Position numbers and translations under genes: made by a program. The notes beneath the pieces are model-generated. The model searched no databases. It was not told the DNA's origin and saw only the letters and a program-made list of their open reading frames with translations. Shown here in pieces: positions 45,495-56,130 of a stretch of 64,000 bases of DNA (position 1 is its first letter; each line of letters opens with the position of its first letter). Origin of the DNA: Candidatus Brevundimonas colombiensis (GTDB lineage Bacteria; Pseudomonadota; Alphaproteobacteria; Caulobacterales; Caulobacteraceae); contig CP119326.1 in NCBI GenBank assembly GCA_029202665.1, forward strand, positions 589,092 to 653,091, read 5' to 3'.

Positions 45495-45519
45495 AACGAC
45501 GCCGTCTGGCGGCGGTTCC
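45495..45519 (-). promoter_or_regulatory. SigT/EcfG promoter of the sRNA
   Basis: GGAAC-N16-CGTT. Confidence 0.85.
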
Positions 45520-45581
45520 CGGTGCGGCTCTTTTTCTTTTGCGCGTCGTTCGCGCGTCGAAGGGCCCCAGGCGCATAAACG

Positions 45582-45616
45582 AAAAAGGCCGTGTCGCCGT
45601 GGGCGAACAAGGCCTT
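45582..45616 (-). terminator. Terminator after phyR
   Basis: GGCC...UCGCC-CAC-GGCGA...GGCC-U5 on the minus strand. Confidence 0.65.
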
Positions 45617-45639
45617 CTCAGCGTCGGTGGATTCGGGCT

Positions 45640-46434
45640 TTAGGCGGCCTGTTTCTGACGCGACGGATGGAAGAACAACGCCTGACTGATCGCCGCCTTC
45701 ACCGTCTCGGGTTGGAACGGCTTGGTGATCAGGAAGGTCGGCTCAGGGCGCTCACCCGTCAGCAGACGCTCCGGGAAGGCGGTGATGAAGATCACCGGCA
45801 CATCCAGCGTCTTGAGGATGTCCTTCACTGCGTCGATGCCGGACGACCCGTCGGCCAGCTGTATGTCGGCCAGAACCAGGCCCGGCTTGTGACGGGCGAC
45901 GGCGTCGATGGCCTCGTCATGAGTGGTGGCGGTGCCGGTGACGCGGTGGCCCAACTCCTGCACCAGGCTCTGGATATCGGCCGAGATGATCGCCTCGTCC
46001 TCGATCACCAGAACGTCGGTGGCCAGTTCGGCGTCGATGTCGGCCTGGGCGTCGGCGATCAGGCGCTCGACGTCGCGCGGGTCTGCCGACAGGATCTGAG
46101 CCGCCTCGGACGGGGTGAACCCCTCCAGCGCGGTCAGAAGGAAGGCCTGGCGCGAGCGGGGCGCGATACGCAGCAGACGCTGCGAGGCGTCGCTTCCGGT
46201 CGTTTCAAGGCCGCCGGCTTCCAGCTGCGCCCCGGTCGAGGACCAGATGGCGTGAAACACATGATACAGGGCCACCCGCGGCGTCATGTCCGAGGACAGT
46301 TGCTGCTCGCCCGCCGCCAGGGCTTCGAGCGCCACGCGCACATAGTTGTCGCCCGTTGATTGATCGCCGGTCAGGGCGCGAGCGTAGCGGCGCACATAAG
46401 GAAGGTGCGGCGCGAGTCTAGCCAAAAGGCTCAT
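45640..46434 (-). CDS. phyR: Anti-anti-sigma factor PhyR
   Basis: N-terminal sigma-like domain (LPYVRRYARALTG) plus receiver domain (IEDE, LADIQLADGSSG, ITKPF). Confidence 0.97.
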   Translation of the reverse strand: MSLLARLAPHLPYVRRYARALTGDQSTGDNYVRVALEALAAGEQQLSSDMTPRVALYHVFHAIWSSTGAQLEAGGLETTGSDASQRLLRIAPRSRQAFLLTALEGFTPSEAAQILSADPRDVERLIADAQADIDAELATDVLVIEDEAIISADIQSLVQELGHRVTGTATTHDEAIDAVARHKPGLVLADIQLADGSSGIDAVKDILKTLDVPVIFITAFPERLLTGERPEPTFLITKPFQPETVKAAISQALFFHPSRQKQAA

Positions 46435-46494
46435 TCAGATAGTCCCCGACAAATCTCCGCCGTCCCGGCAAGGGAAAGCGCTACAGCGGCATTG

Positions 46495-46519
46495 AACGTA
46501 TCATATCGGTCGCGGTTCC
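46495..46519 (-). promoter_or_regulatory. SigT/EcfG promoter of phyR
   Basis: GGAAC-N16-CGTT. Confidence 0.85.
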
Positions 46520-46560
46520 CCAGATTACATCAAGCTTGAGCATAAAATCTCCTGAAGGCA

Positions 46561-46585
46561 GGAACCGCCGGGCAAGGATGGCGTT
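46561..46585 (+). promoter_or_regulatory. SigT/EcfG promoter of nepR-sigT
   Basis: GGAAC-N16-CGTT. Confidence 0.85.
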
Positions 46586-46632
46586 AAGCGCTGGCATCTC
46601 TGCGACGACGTTGGGTGGGCCTTGTTCTGTCT

Positions 46633-46836
46633 ATGATTGATTCTATCGACTCCTCGCGCGCCCCGGGCGCAGACACCAAAGGGGAGGCCGGCCTCGAAGA
46701 AGCGCGTCTTCGCCAACAGGCCATCGGCGTGAAGCTGCGGCATATGTTCGACGAGGTCGTCAACGAACCGGTCCCCGACGAGTTCCTGGAAATCCTGAAG
46801 CGCGCCGACGCCAAGGCTGCGGAAAGCCCCGCATGA
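46633..46836 (+). CDS. nepR: Anti-sigma factor NepR
   Basis: AIGVKLRHMFDEVVNEPVPDEFLEIL; overlaps the sigT start by 4 nt. Confidence 0.93.
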   Translation: MIDSIDSSRAPGADTKGEAGLEEARLRQQAIGVKLRHMFDEVVNEPVPDEFLEILKRADAKAAESPA

Positions 46837-47444
46837 GCACCTCACGCCTGGGAGCGGCCCCCAAGCCGGCGTCCGCCGACGACGAAGGCTTCAAGCGCGA
46901 ACTGGTCCTGCTGATCCCGCATCTGCGCGCCTTCGCCCGAACCCTGACCGGCGATCCCACCGCCGCCGACGATCTGGCGCAGGACGCCATGATGAAGGCC
47001 TGGGACGCCCGCGCCAGCTATCAGATGGGCACCAACATGAAGGCCTGGACCTTCATGATCCTGCGCAACCAATTCTATTCCGAAAAGCGACGGTCGTGGC
47101 GGCAGTCGCAACTGGACCAGGAAGCGGCTGAACGCACCCTGGTCGCCGTGGACGATCCCGAGGCGCCCGTCGCGCTGGACGAACTGCGTCAGGCGCTGAA
47201 GACCCTGCCGGAAGAGCAGCGCGAAGCCCTGATACTGGTCGGCGCCGGCGGGTTCGCCTACGAGGAAGCGGCCGAAATCTGCGGCTGCGCGGTCGGCACG
47301 GTCAAGAGCCGGGTCAGCCGCGCGCGCCGGGCCCTTCAGGCCACATTGGAACGCGGCGGTTACAGCCGCGACGGCCAAGCGGCCGGCGAGGCTATGCGCA
47401 CCATTCTGGGCGAGGCCGACAGGCTGGCCGGCGCACGGAGCTGA
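46833..47444 (+). CDS. sigT: ECF15 sigma factor SigT/EcfG
   Basis: IPHLRAFARTLTG, AWTFMILRNQFYS, YEEAAEICGCAVGTVKSRVSRAR. Confidence 0.96.
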   Translation: MSTSRLGAAPKPASADDEGFKRELVLLIPHLRAFARTLTGDPTAADDLAQDAMMKAWDARASYQMGTNMKAWTFMILRNQFYSEKRRSWRQSQLDQEAAERTLVAVDDPEAPVALDELRQALKTLPEEQREALILVGAGGFAYEEAAEICGCAVGTVKSRVSRARRALQATLERGGYSRDGQAAGEAMRTILGEADRLAGARS

Positions 47445-47450
47445 TCGACG

Positions 47451-49247
47451 GTGAATGCGCCGTCTGACGCCACACGGCCCCGACTGGCCAGAGCATGGAC
47501 GAAGGACCGATTCCAGGGCATTCGCTTTCGGCTGGGCGCGGCCATGGCCATGGCTCTGCTGCCGATCTTCGTCCTCAGCCTGATCCAGACCCAGGCGGAT
47601 TTCCGTCGCCAGGCCGAGGATCGCCAGGTCGATCTGCAACTGGCGGCGGAACGCAGCGCTTCTGACGCCAAGGCCCAGCTGGACAGCGCTCAGGTCCTGC
47701 TGCGCGCCCTCAGCCCCGACGCCGCCGGCCCCTATTGCCCGGCGCGCCTGACCAACCTGGTCGGTCGGCTGGACGGCTATGAGGGGCTTTATCGCATCAG
47801 TCCGACCGGCGAGGCGACCTGCGCCTCCGGCCGACCCGCCGGCCTGCGATCCGGTGTGGCGCCGGCGGCGAACTCCCAATGGTTTCAGCGGCTGCGCAAC
47901 GGCGAAGACATGGTGGTCATGCGCGCGCCGGACGACGCCGGCTATCGCGCCGCCCTGATCGTGGCGACACGGGCCGAGCGGCCGATGGGCCGTTTCGACG
48001 GGGCCATGGTGGCGGTGATCCCCCTGTCGGCGCTGCAACCCGATCTGGATGATCCCGCCCTGCCCTCCGGGTCCCAGGCGGCCCTGACCGACGGCGCCGG
48101 ACGCATTCTGACGGCCAGCGAGGCCGGGGTCTTCCACCTGTCGGGCGGGGATGACCTGGCGGGCTGGGTGTCGCGGGCGCGGGCGGACGGGTCGGCGGTG
48201 TTCGAGGCGCGCGACGCGGGCGGCGAACGGCGCGACTACGCCGGCGCGGCCCTGGCCGGCGGCGACCTCTACGCCCTGCTGTCCGCGCCATCCCAGGGAT
48301 GGCTGTCCTGGGCGCGGCTCAATCCGATCGGCACGCTTCTGCTGCCTCTGGGCGCCTGGCTGACCGCGTTCGCGGCGGTGATGCTGCTGTCCGAACGCAT
48401 CTTCATCCGCTGGCTGGACTATCTGGAGCGGGTGGCGGCCATCTATACGCGCGGACGGTTTTCCGTGCGGCCGCTGCAGGCCATGAACGCGCCCGCCGAA
48501 ATCCGCACCATGGCCAAGACCCTGGACGAGATGGCCGAAGCCATCACCGTGCGCGACCGGGAACTGACCGACGCCCTGGCCGAGAAGGACGCGCTGATGC
48601 GCGAAATCCATCACCGGGTGAAGAACAATCTTCAGATCATCTCGTCCCTGCTGTCGATGCAGCAACGGGCTCTGACCGACGCTCCCGCCAAGGCGGCGCT
48701 GGGCGACACCCGTCAGCGGATTTCGGCCCTGGCCCTGATCTATCGCACCCTCTACCAGAGCGCCGACATTCGTCACGCGGATGCGCGTGAGTTCCTGAAT
48801 GAACTGGTTGGCCAGTTGATCGCCAGCGAAGCCGGGCGCGGCCCCGTGGTGATCAGTTCGGTGGACGCCGATTCCCTGCATGTCGACCCGGACAAGCTGG
48901 CGCCGCTGGCGCTGTGGCTGGTCGAGGCTGTGACCAACGCCCAGAAGCACGCGTTTGCGCTGAACGGCGGCGAGCTGAAAGTCCGCTTCCGTGTTCAGGG
49001 CGACACGTCGGTTCTCGAGGTCGAGGACGACGGCCCCGGCGCGCCGGCCGGCGCCGAGGTCGGGGTCGGACGCACCCTGATGAGCGCCTTCGCCAAACAG
49101 CTGCGCGGCGAGACCGAATTCGTGGCGGCGCCGGGCGGCGGAACCATCGCCCGCATGACCTTCGCCACGCCCGAGGCGTTGATGCCGGTCGACCCTGCCG
49201 ACAAGTCGTCGGTCGAAAAAGGAACCGGAGCCGTGGGGTCGCGTTGA
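47451..49247 (+). CDS. Membrane sensor histidine kinase (HisKA_2), PhyK-like
   Basis: Two TM segments, periplasmic sensor, REIHHRVKNNLQIISSLL, EAVTNAQKHAF, VEDDGPG. Confidence 0.9.
   Translation: MNAPSDATRPRLARAWTKDRFQGIRFRLGAAMAMALLPIFVLSLIQTQADFRRQAEDRQVDLQLAAERSASDAKAQLDSAQVLLRALSPDAAGPYCPARLTNLVGRLDGYEGLYRISPTGEATCASGRPAGLRSGVAPAANSQWFQRLRNGEDMVVMRAPDDAGYRAALIVATRAERPMGRFDGAMVAVIPLSALQPDLDDPALPSGSQAALTDGAGRILTASEAGVFHLSGGDDLAGWVSRARADGSAVFEARDAGGERRDYAGAALAGGDLYALLSAPSQGWLSWARLNPIGTLLLPLGAWLTAFAAVMLLSERIFIRWLDYLERVAAIYTRGRFSVRPLQAMNAPAEIRTMAKTLDEMAEAITVRDRELTDALAEKDALMREIHHRVKNNLQIISSLLSMQQRALTDAPAKAALGDTRQRISALALIYRTLYQSADIRHADAREFLNELVGQLIASEAGRGPVVISSVDADSLHVDPDKLAPLALWLVEAVTNAQKHAFALNGGELKVRFRVQGDTSVLEVEDDGPGAPAGAEVGVGRTLMSAFAKQLRGETEFVAAPGGGTIARMTFATPEALMPVDPADKSSVEKGTGAVGSR
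49221..49245 (+). promoter_or_regulatory. SigT/EcfG promoter of the entericidin gene, inside the kinase 3' end
   Basis: GGAAC-N16-CGTT. Confidence 0.8.
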
Positions 49248-49294
49248 TACGGCAAGACCGCGGCGCTGGCCTCGGCTAACCTTTGGAGTCTCTC

Positions 49295-49432
49295 ATGCGC
49301 AAGATTTTCGTTCTGGTCGCCGCCGCCGCCGCCCTGACCACCGCCGCCTGCAACACTGTCGAAGGCGTGGGCCGTGACACCGCCGCCGCCGGCCACGCCG
49401 TCACCGGCGCCGCCCAGGACGCCAAGAACTGA
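49295..49432 (+). CDS. Entericidin EcnA/B family lipoprotein (45 aa; missed by the ORF track)
   Basis: MRKIFVLVAAAAALTTAA|CNTVEGVGRD...; GGAG RBS; terminator follows. Confidence 0.92.
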   Translation: MRKIFVLVAAAAALTTAACNTVEGVGRDTAAAGHAVTGAAQDAKN

Positions 49433-49466
49433 TCGTCTAGCGGCCGCAACGCCGCCCAGACGCTTG

Positions 49467-49500
49467 CAAGGCCCCGCTTCGTCGGGGCCTTGTTCGTTTC
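49467..49500 (+). terminator. Terminator after the entericidin gene
   Basis: CAAGGCCCCG-loop-CGGGGCCTTG-TTCGTTTC. Confidence 0.7.
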
Positions 49501-49522
49501 AAGTCCCCTCCAGGAGATCGCC

Positions 49523-50977
49523 GTGAACCAGACCGCCCGTAAAGCCGGCCTCGCCCTGCTGAAACAGCACGCCCTGATCGCGGGCGAAGCCGTCCCCGCG
49601 AATGGCGCGGGCGTCGCCGTTGACGACCCGGCGACCGGCGAGATCATCGGCCATGTGCCCGATCTGGGCGCGGCCGAAACGGAGCGCGCCATTGCGGCGG
49701 CGACTGAAAGCTTCGCCGACTGGTCCCGGCGCGATCCGCACAAACGCGCGGCCTTCCTGCGGGCCTGGGCGGCGCTGATCGACGAGAACACCGAGGGGCT
49801 GGGCGCCCTGATGGCGCTGGAGAACGGCAAGCCTTTCGAGGAGGCCAGGGGCGAGGTCGCCTACGCCAACAGCTTTCTGAAATGGTTCGCCGGCCAGGCC
49901 GAGCGTCTGATCGGCGAGACCCAGGACAGCCCGCTGGGCCATCTGATCCTGACCTATCGCGAGGCGGTGGGGCCGTGCGCCCTGATCACGCCGTGGAACT
50001 TCCCCGCCGCCATGCTGACGCGGAAACTGGGTCCGGCCTTCGCGGCGGGCTGCACCGCCGTGGTCAAGCCCGCCAGCCAGACGCCGTTCACCGCCATCGC
50101 CCTGGCCGAGCTGGCCTATCAGGCGGGGCTGCCCAAGGGGGCGCTGTCCGTCGTCACCGGCGATGCGGCGACCATCGGCAAGGTGCTGACCGACAGTCCC
50201 GACATCCGCAAACTGAGCTTCACCGGTTCGACCGGCGTGGGCCGCAAGCTGGCCGAACAGTGCGCCCCGACGCTGAAGCGGGTGTCGATGGAACTGGGCG
50301 GCGCGGCGCCCCTGATCGTCTTCGCCGACTCCGATCTGGACCTGGCCGTAGCCGAAACCATCAAGGGCAAGTTCAGGAACGCGGGCCAGACCTGCGTCTG
50401 CCCCAACCGGGTCTATGTGGAGCGGTCGGTCGCCGAGACCTATGCCGAAAAACTGGCCGCCGAGGTGGCCAGGATCAAGGTCGGCGCCGCCTTCGACGAC
50501 GGGGTCAAGGTCGGACCGCTGATCGAGGACAAGGCCATCGACAAGGTCGAGAAACACGTCGCGGCGATCAAGGCCGACGGCGGCCGGGTGCTGACCGGCG
50601 GATCGCGCCACGAGCTGGGCGGCCGCTTCTTCCAGCCCACCGTGACCTTGGGCGGCAACGACGCCCTGTTCCGCGAGGAAGAGACCTTCGGCCCGATGAT
50701 CCCCGTCTTCGCGTTCGACACCGAAGAAGAGGCGCTGGAGAAGGCCAACGCCAGCGATTACGGCCTGGCCTCCTATCTGTTCACCCGCGATCTGGACCGC
50801 GCCATGCGGTTCAGCCGCCGGATCGAAGCGGGGATGTGCGGGGTCAACACCGGCCTGATCTCCACCGCCGTCGCCCCGTTCGGGGGCGTCAAACAGTCGG
50901 GCTATGGCCGCGAAGGCTCGATCCACGGCATCGAAGAATATGTGGACATCAAAACCGTGACCCTGGCGCTGAAATAG
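49523..50977 (+). CDS. gabD: NAD(P)-dependent succinate-semialdehyde dehydrogenase (GTG start)
   Basis: ITPWNFP, SFTGST, MELGG, FRNAGQTCVC, EETFGP, PFGGVKQSGYGREGS. Confidence 0.9.
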   Translation: MNQTARKAGLALLKQHALIAGEAVPANGAGVAVDDPATGEIIGHVPDLGAAETERAIAAATESFADWSRRDPHKRAAFLRAWAALIDENTEGLGALMALENGKPFEEARGEVAYANSFLKWFAGQAERLIGETQDSPLGHLILTYREAVGPCALITPWNFPAAMLTRKLGPAFAAGCTAVVKPASQTPFTAIALAELAYQAGLPKGALSVVTGDAATIGKVLTDSPDIRKLSFTGSTGVGRKLAEQCAPTLKRVSMELGGAAPLIVFADSDLDLAVAETIKGKFRNAGQTCVCPNRVYVERSVAETYAEKLAAEVARIKVGAAFDDGVKVGPLIEDKAIDKVEKHVAAIKADGGRVLTGGSRHELGGRFFQPTVTLGGNDALFREEETFGPMIPVFAFDTEEEALEKANASDYGLASYLFTRDLDRAMRFSRRIEAGMCGVNTGLISTAVAPFGGVKQSGYGREGSIHGIEEYVDIKTVTLALK

Positions 50978-51002
50978 CGCCGGGCGGCCGCCCCATCTGT
51001 AA

Positions 51003-52079
<1,077 letters not shown>

Positions 52080-53213
52080 TCAGGCGTCTGACGCAGGCGC
52101 GATCCCGGGCTTGCGCCGAGGCGTTTTGGACGTCGCGGATGTCTTCGTCTCGTCCGCATAGGGTTCGCCGTCGCCGGACAGCAGGACCGCCATCCAGCGC
52201 GATCCCCGGAACTCGGCCAGGATGGCCATCGCCATGACCGCCAACGGCGTGGACAGGAACATGCCGACCACGCCCCACATCTTGCCGCAGAAGGCCAGGG
52301 CCAGCAGCACCACGACCGGGTCGATGTTCTGGTTGTCGCCCTGCATCCGGGGCTGGATGAAGTTGCCGACTACGAACAGAATGACCTGCAGCCCGACCAG
52401 CAGGATGACGGCCGGCCAATAGCTTTCGAACTGCGCCAGGGCGAACAGCGGCGGCGCCAGGCCAGCGACCGCGCCGCCCAGCACAGGGATGAAGCCAACG
52501 ATGAAGATGACGAAGGTCCAGAACTCCGGATTCTGAAGCCCCACCGCCCGCATCAGGATCCAGGCGACCACGCAGATCATCACCCCGGTCACCGACTGAA
52601 CCCAGATATAACCCTCGACACCGCCGCGCACGCGCTGGAACACCGCCACGGCCTCGTCGCGCTGGGTCTTCTGCGGGAACATGGCCACGATCTTCTTCCT
52701 GAACCCCGCCTGCGAGGCCAGCAGGAAACCCAGATAGACCAGGACGAAGAAGGCGCCCGACGCGATCCCCTGGGCCTGGAAGGCCATGGACGTCAGCCAG
52801 CCGCGCACGTCCACGCCATTGATCAGGTCCTGGGCCGTGGGCGGATTGGCCAGCCTGACCAGACCATAGACGTCGCGAATGATCTGATCGATGCGTGGGC
52901 CGATGTTCTGGGACACCCCCGACGCCTCGCCGAAGAAGCCGGCGGCCCCGTTCACGATGATCGCGATGGACACAAAGAAGGCCAGCACCACCAGGGTCAG
53001 GGCCGCGATCCCCGCCCAGCGGCTGGTCAGCGGCGTGCGCGCCTCCACCGACCGCTTCACCCCGTCGATCATGATCAGCAGGAAGATGGCCATGGCCAGG
53101 GGCGTCAGTATGTCCCGCAACCAGTAAAGCGCCGCCCCAGCGGCCACGGTGGCGATCAGGGCCAGGGCGTTTCGGGATGCGGTCGAGGAGGGCACGGCGA
53201 CGGGCGTTTTCAT
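52080..53213 (-). CDS. AI-2E family transporter
   Basis: Hydrophobic profile, FIPVLGG, GNFIQPRMQG, WGVVGMFLSTPL. Confidence 0.9.
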   Translation of the reverse strand: MKTPVAVPSSTASRNALALIATVAAGAALYWLRDILTPLAMAIFLLIMIDGVKRSVEARTPLTSRWAGIAALTLVVLAFFVSIAIIVNGAAGFFGEASGVSQNIGPRIDQIIRDVYGLVRLANPPTAQDLINGVDVRGWLTSMAFQAQGIASGAFFVLVYLGFLLASQAGFRKKIVAMFPQKTQRDEAVAVFQRVRGGVEGYIWVQSVTGVMICVVAWILMRAVGLQNPEFWTFVIFIVGFIPVLGGAVAGLAPPLFALAQFESYWPAVILLVGLQVILFVVGNFIQPRMQGDNQNIDPVVVLLALAFCGKMWGVVGMFLSTPLAVMAMAILAEFRGSRWMAVLLSGDGEPYADETKTSATSKTPRRKPGIAPASDA

Positions 53214-53311
53214 ACGCGTGTTGTCGAACCAGGCGACGGCGACGTCAATCGCTGTTCCGGCGCGGTTTGTAACGCGCTAGAGCTTTCGACGAGACCCCAT
53301 CGGAGACCCCA

Positions 53312-54874
53312 ATGCCCGACGCCCTGCCCGGCCTGTTCCTCGGCCAGTCCGACGCCGCCCAGCCCGAAAACCTGCTGTTCAACCGCGCCAACCGCCACGG
53401 CGTGGTGGCGGGCGCGACCGGCACAGGCAAGACGGTGACGTTGCAGATCATGGCCCAGGGCTTTTCCGACGCCGGGGTGCCGGTCTTCTGCGCCGACGTG
53501 AAAGGCGACCTGTCGGGCATTTCGCAGATCGGGACGCCCAGCGAGAAGCTGGTCGCGCGGGCGACCGAAATGGGCCTGACCCTGACGCCGCGCGCCGCGC
53601 CCGTCGTCTTTTGGGACCTGTACGGCCAGAAGGGTCATCCGATCCGCACCACGGTCTCGGAAATCGGGCCGGTGCTGATGGCGCGGATGCTGAACCTGAA
53701 CGAGGTGCAGGAGGGTGTGCTGACCGTGGTCTTCCACGTCGCGGACAAGGAGGGCCTGCTGCTGCTGGATCTGGACGATCTGCGCAGCCTTCTGGTCTAT
53801 GTGGGCGAGAACGCCGACCGGATCGGGCGCGAGGTCGGCAATGTGGCCCCCGCCTCCATCGCCGCCATCCAGCGTTCGTTGCTGCAGGTCGAGCAACAGG
53901 GCGGCGACGCCTTCTTCGGCGAGCCGGCCCTGAAGCTGGAGGACATGATCCGTGTCGGCCTGGACGGCCGGGGCCAGGTCAATGTGCTGGACTCGACGCG
54001 GCTGATGAACAGTCCGCGCCTGTATGCGGCCTTCCTGCTGTGGCTGCTGTCGGAACTGTTCGAACAGCTTCCCGAGGTCGGCGACCCGGACAAGCCGCGC
54101 CTGGTTTTCTTCTTCGACGAGGCCCACCTGCTGTTCAACGACGCCCCGCGCGCCCTGCTGGAAAAGGTCGAACAGGTCGTGCGCCTGATCCGCTCCAAGG
54201 GGGTCGGCGTCTATTTCGTCACCCAGAACCCGGCCGACATTCCCGACAGCGTCCTGGCCCAGTTGGGCAATCGCATCCAGCACGCGCTGCGCGCCTATAC
54301 GCCGTCCGAGCAAAAGGGGTTGAAGGCGGCCTCGCAAAGCTTCCGCGTCAATCCCGCCTTCGATACGGCCGAGGCCATCCAGGCCCTGGGCGTCGGCGAG
54401 GCCCTGGTCTCGGTTCTGGACGAGAAGGGCGCCCCGACCATCGTGGCGCGCACCAAGATCCGTCCGCCCGCCTCGCGCCTGGGACCGGCGACCGACGCCG
54501 AGCGTGCGGCGATCATGGCCGCCAGCCCGGTGCGCGGTCTTTACGATCAGGTTCTGAACCGCGAATCCGCCGCCGAAATCCTGGCCAACCGCCACAGCGC
54601 GGCCGATCAGGCGGCAGTTCAGGCGAAGGCTCAGGCCGAGGCGGCCAAGGCCGCCGAGGTTCAGGCCAGGGCCGATGAGAAGGCGGCCCAGGCTCAGACC
54701 CAAGCTCAGGCCAAGGCCGAGGCGCGCGCCGCGCGCGCGGCGGCGACCCCGGCGCGCCGCTCCACTCGCGAAACGCCGATTGAAGCCATGACCAAATCTG
54801 TCCTTCGCACCGCCGGATCGACCCTGACCCGCGAACTGATGCGCGGCATCCTGGGCGGGTTGAAAAAGCGCTAG
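53312..54874 (+). CDS. DUF853/YjgR HerA-like ATPase
   Basis: NRHGVVAGATGTGKTVTLQ, DVKGDLSG, FFDEAH, RLIRSKGVG..TQNP.D, GNRIQHALRA. Confidence 0.93.
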   Translation: MPDALPGLFLGQSDAAQPENLLFNRANRHGVVAGATGTGKTVTLQIMAQGFSDAGVPVFCADVKGDLSGISQIGTPSEKLVARATEMGLTLTPRAAPVVFWDLYGQKGHPIRTTVSEIGPVLMARMLNLNEVQEGVLTVVFHVADKEGLLLLDLDDLRSLLVYVGENADRIGREVGNVAPASIAAIQRSLLQVEQQGGDAFFGEPALKLEDMIRVGLDGRGQVNVLDSTRLMNSPRLYAAFLLWLLSELFEQLPEVGDPDKPRLVFFFDEAHLLFNDAPRALLEKVEQVVRLIRSKGVGVYFVTQNPADIPDSVLAQLGNRIQHALRAYTPSEQKGLKAASQSFRVNPAFDTAEAIQALGVGEALVSVLDEKGAPTIVARTKIRPPASRLGPATDAERAAIMAASPVRGLYDQVLNRESAAEILANRHSAADQAAVQAKAQAEAAKAAEVQARADEKAAQAQTQAQAKAEARAARAAATPARRSTRETPIEAMTKSVLRTAGSTLTRELMRGILGGLKKR

Positions 54875-54912
54875 GTCTTGCAACGGGGCGGGGGCGAGCG
54901 CATCTCCCGCCC

Positions 54913-55473
54913 ATGTTCATCCAGACCGAACCCACGCCCAATCCGAATGTGCTGAAGTTCCTGCCCGGCCGCGACGTGTCGCCAGCCGCCGCCTTGGAGT
55001 ATCGCACCATCGACGAGGCGACGGCCTCTCCTCTGGCCGAGGCCCTGTTCGAGGTCGAGGGCGTCGACGGCGTCTTCTTCGGCGCCGACTATGTGTCGGT
55101 GACGCGCCAGGCCCAGGGACCGGAGTGGTCGGAGATGAAGGCGCCGATTCTGGGCGTCGTCATGGATCATTTCGTCTCGGGTCAGGCGTTGACGCGCGGC
55201 GCGGACGGCGCCGCCGACGACCATGCCGAGGACGACAGCGAGATCGTCGCCGAGATCAAGGCCCTGCTGGACAGCCGCATCCGCCCGGCGGTGGCCCAGG
55301 ACGGCGGGGATATCCTGTTCGATTCCTTCGACGAGGCGACCGGGGTGCTGAACCTTCGGATGCGCGGCGCCTGCGCCGGTTGCCCCTCCTCGTCCGCCAC
55401 GCTGAAGGCCGGCGTCGAGCAGATGATGCGCCATTATGTGCCCGAAGTGACGCGGGTCGAGCAGACGTTGTAA
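54913..55473 (+). CDS. NifU/NfuA family Fe-S carrier
   Basis: MFIQTEPTPNPNVLKF, IRPAVAQDGGDI, GACAGCPSS. Confidence 0.95.
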   Translation: MFIQTEPTPNPNVLKFLPGRDVSPAAALEYRTIDEATASPLAEALFEVEGVDGVFFGADYVSVTRQAQGPEWSEMKAPILGVVMDHFVSGQALTRGADGAADDHAEDDSEIVAEIKALLDSRIRPAVAQDGGDILFDSFDEATGVLNLRMRGACAGCPSSSATLKAGVEQMMRHYVPEVTRVEQTL

Positions 55474-55530
55474 CCGGCTGAAATCTTTTCGTCCTCGCCA
55501 TGGGCGAGCCGGTGCGCCATCCTGCCCGCG

Positions 55531-56130
55531 ATGTCGCGTTTCATTCCCGATCCCGAAACCCTGCGCCTGGGCGAGGCGCTGGCCGCCTTGCGACGCGACC
55601 GTGGCCTGTCGCAGGCCGAGGCCGGCGCGCGGCTGAACATGACCAGCCAGGGATGGGGCCTGTATGAAGCGGGCCGCCGCTCCGGCCTGTTTCGCCCCGA
55701 CGTACAACGCCGCCTGACCGGTGCGCTGGGCTCCACGCCCGAGGCGCTGGCCCTGGCGCTGTCGACGGCGGTCGCGCCTTCGACCGACGATACGCCGACC
55801 GCCGTCTCGTCCTTATCCGCCGTCGAAAGCCGGGGCCGCGACTTCGCCGGCGCCCCGGCCCAGGTCCGTCGCCTGCAGATCCTGAATGATGATCTGTCCC
55901 CCTGGGCGGATTCGGGCGTGGTGCTGGAATATGCGCTCGGTGTCTGGCCGCGGCGGGGACAGGGCTGCGTGATCGAAGCGGGCGGCGAGACCCGCGTCCG
56001 CATCTATGAGACCGGCGACACGCAGACCGTCACCGTCCGCGGTGCGGCGCCTTCCGACAAGCCGGAGGTGCTGCCTCGCCAGACCATCGATCGCCTGTCG
56101 GCCGTGACGGCCCGCATCGAACAGCAATGA
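55531..56130 (+). CDS. XRE HTH regulator with degenerate S24-like C-terminal domain
   Basis: LRRDRGLSQAEAG...WGLYEAGRR HTH; C-terminal NDDLSP...G and RVRIY where S24 enzymes have GDSMxP and VKR. Confidence 0.7.
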   Translation: MSRFIPDPETLRLGEALAALRRDRGLSQAEAGARLNMTSQGWGLYEAGRRSGLFRPDVQRRLTGALGSTPEALALALSTAVAPSTDDTPTAVSSLSAVESRGRDFAGAPAQVRRLQILNDDLSPWADSGVVLEYALGVWPRRGQGCVIEAGGETRVRIYETGDTQTVTVRGAAPSDKPEVLPRQTIDRLSAVTARIEQQ

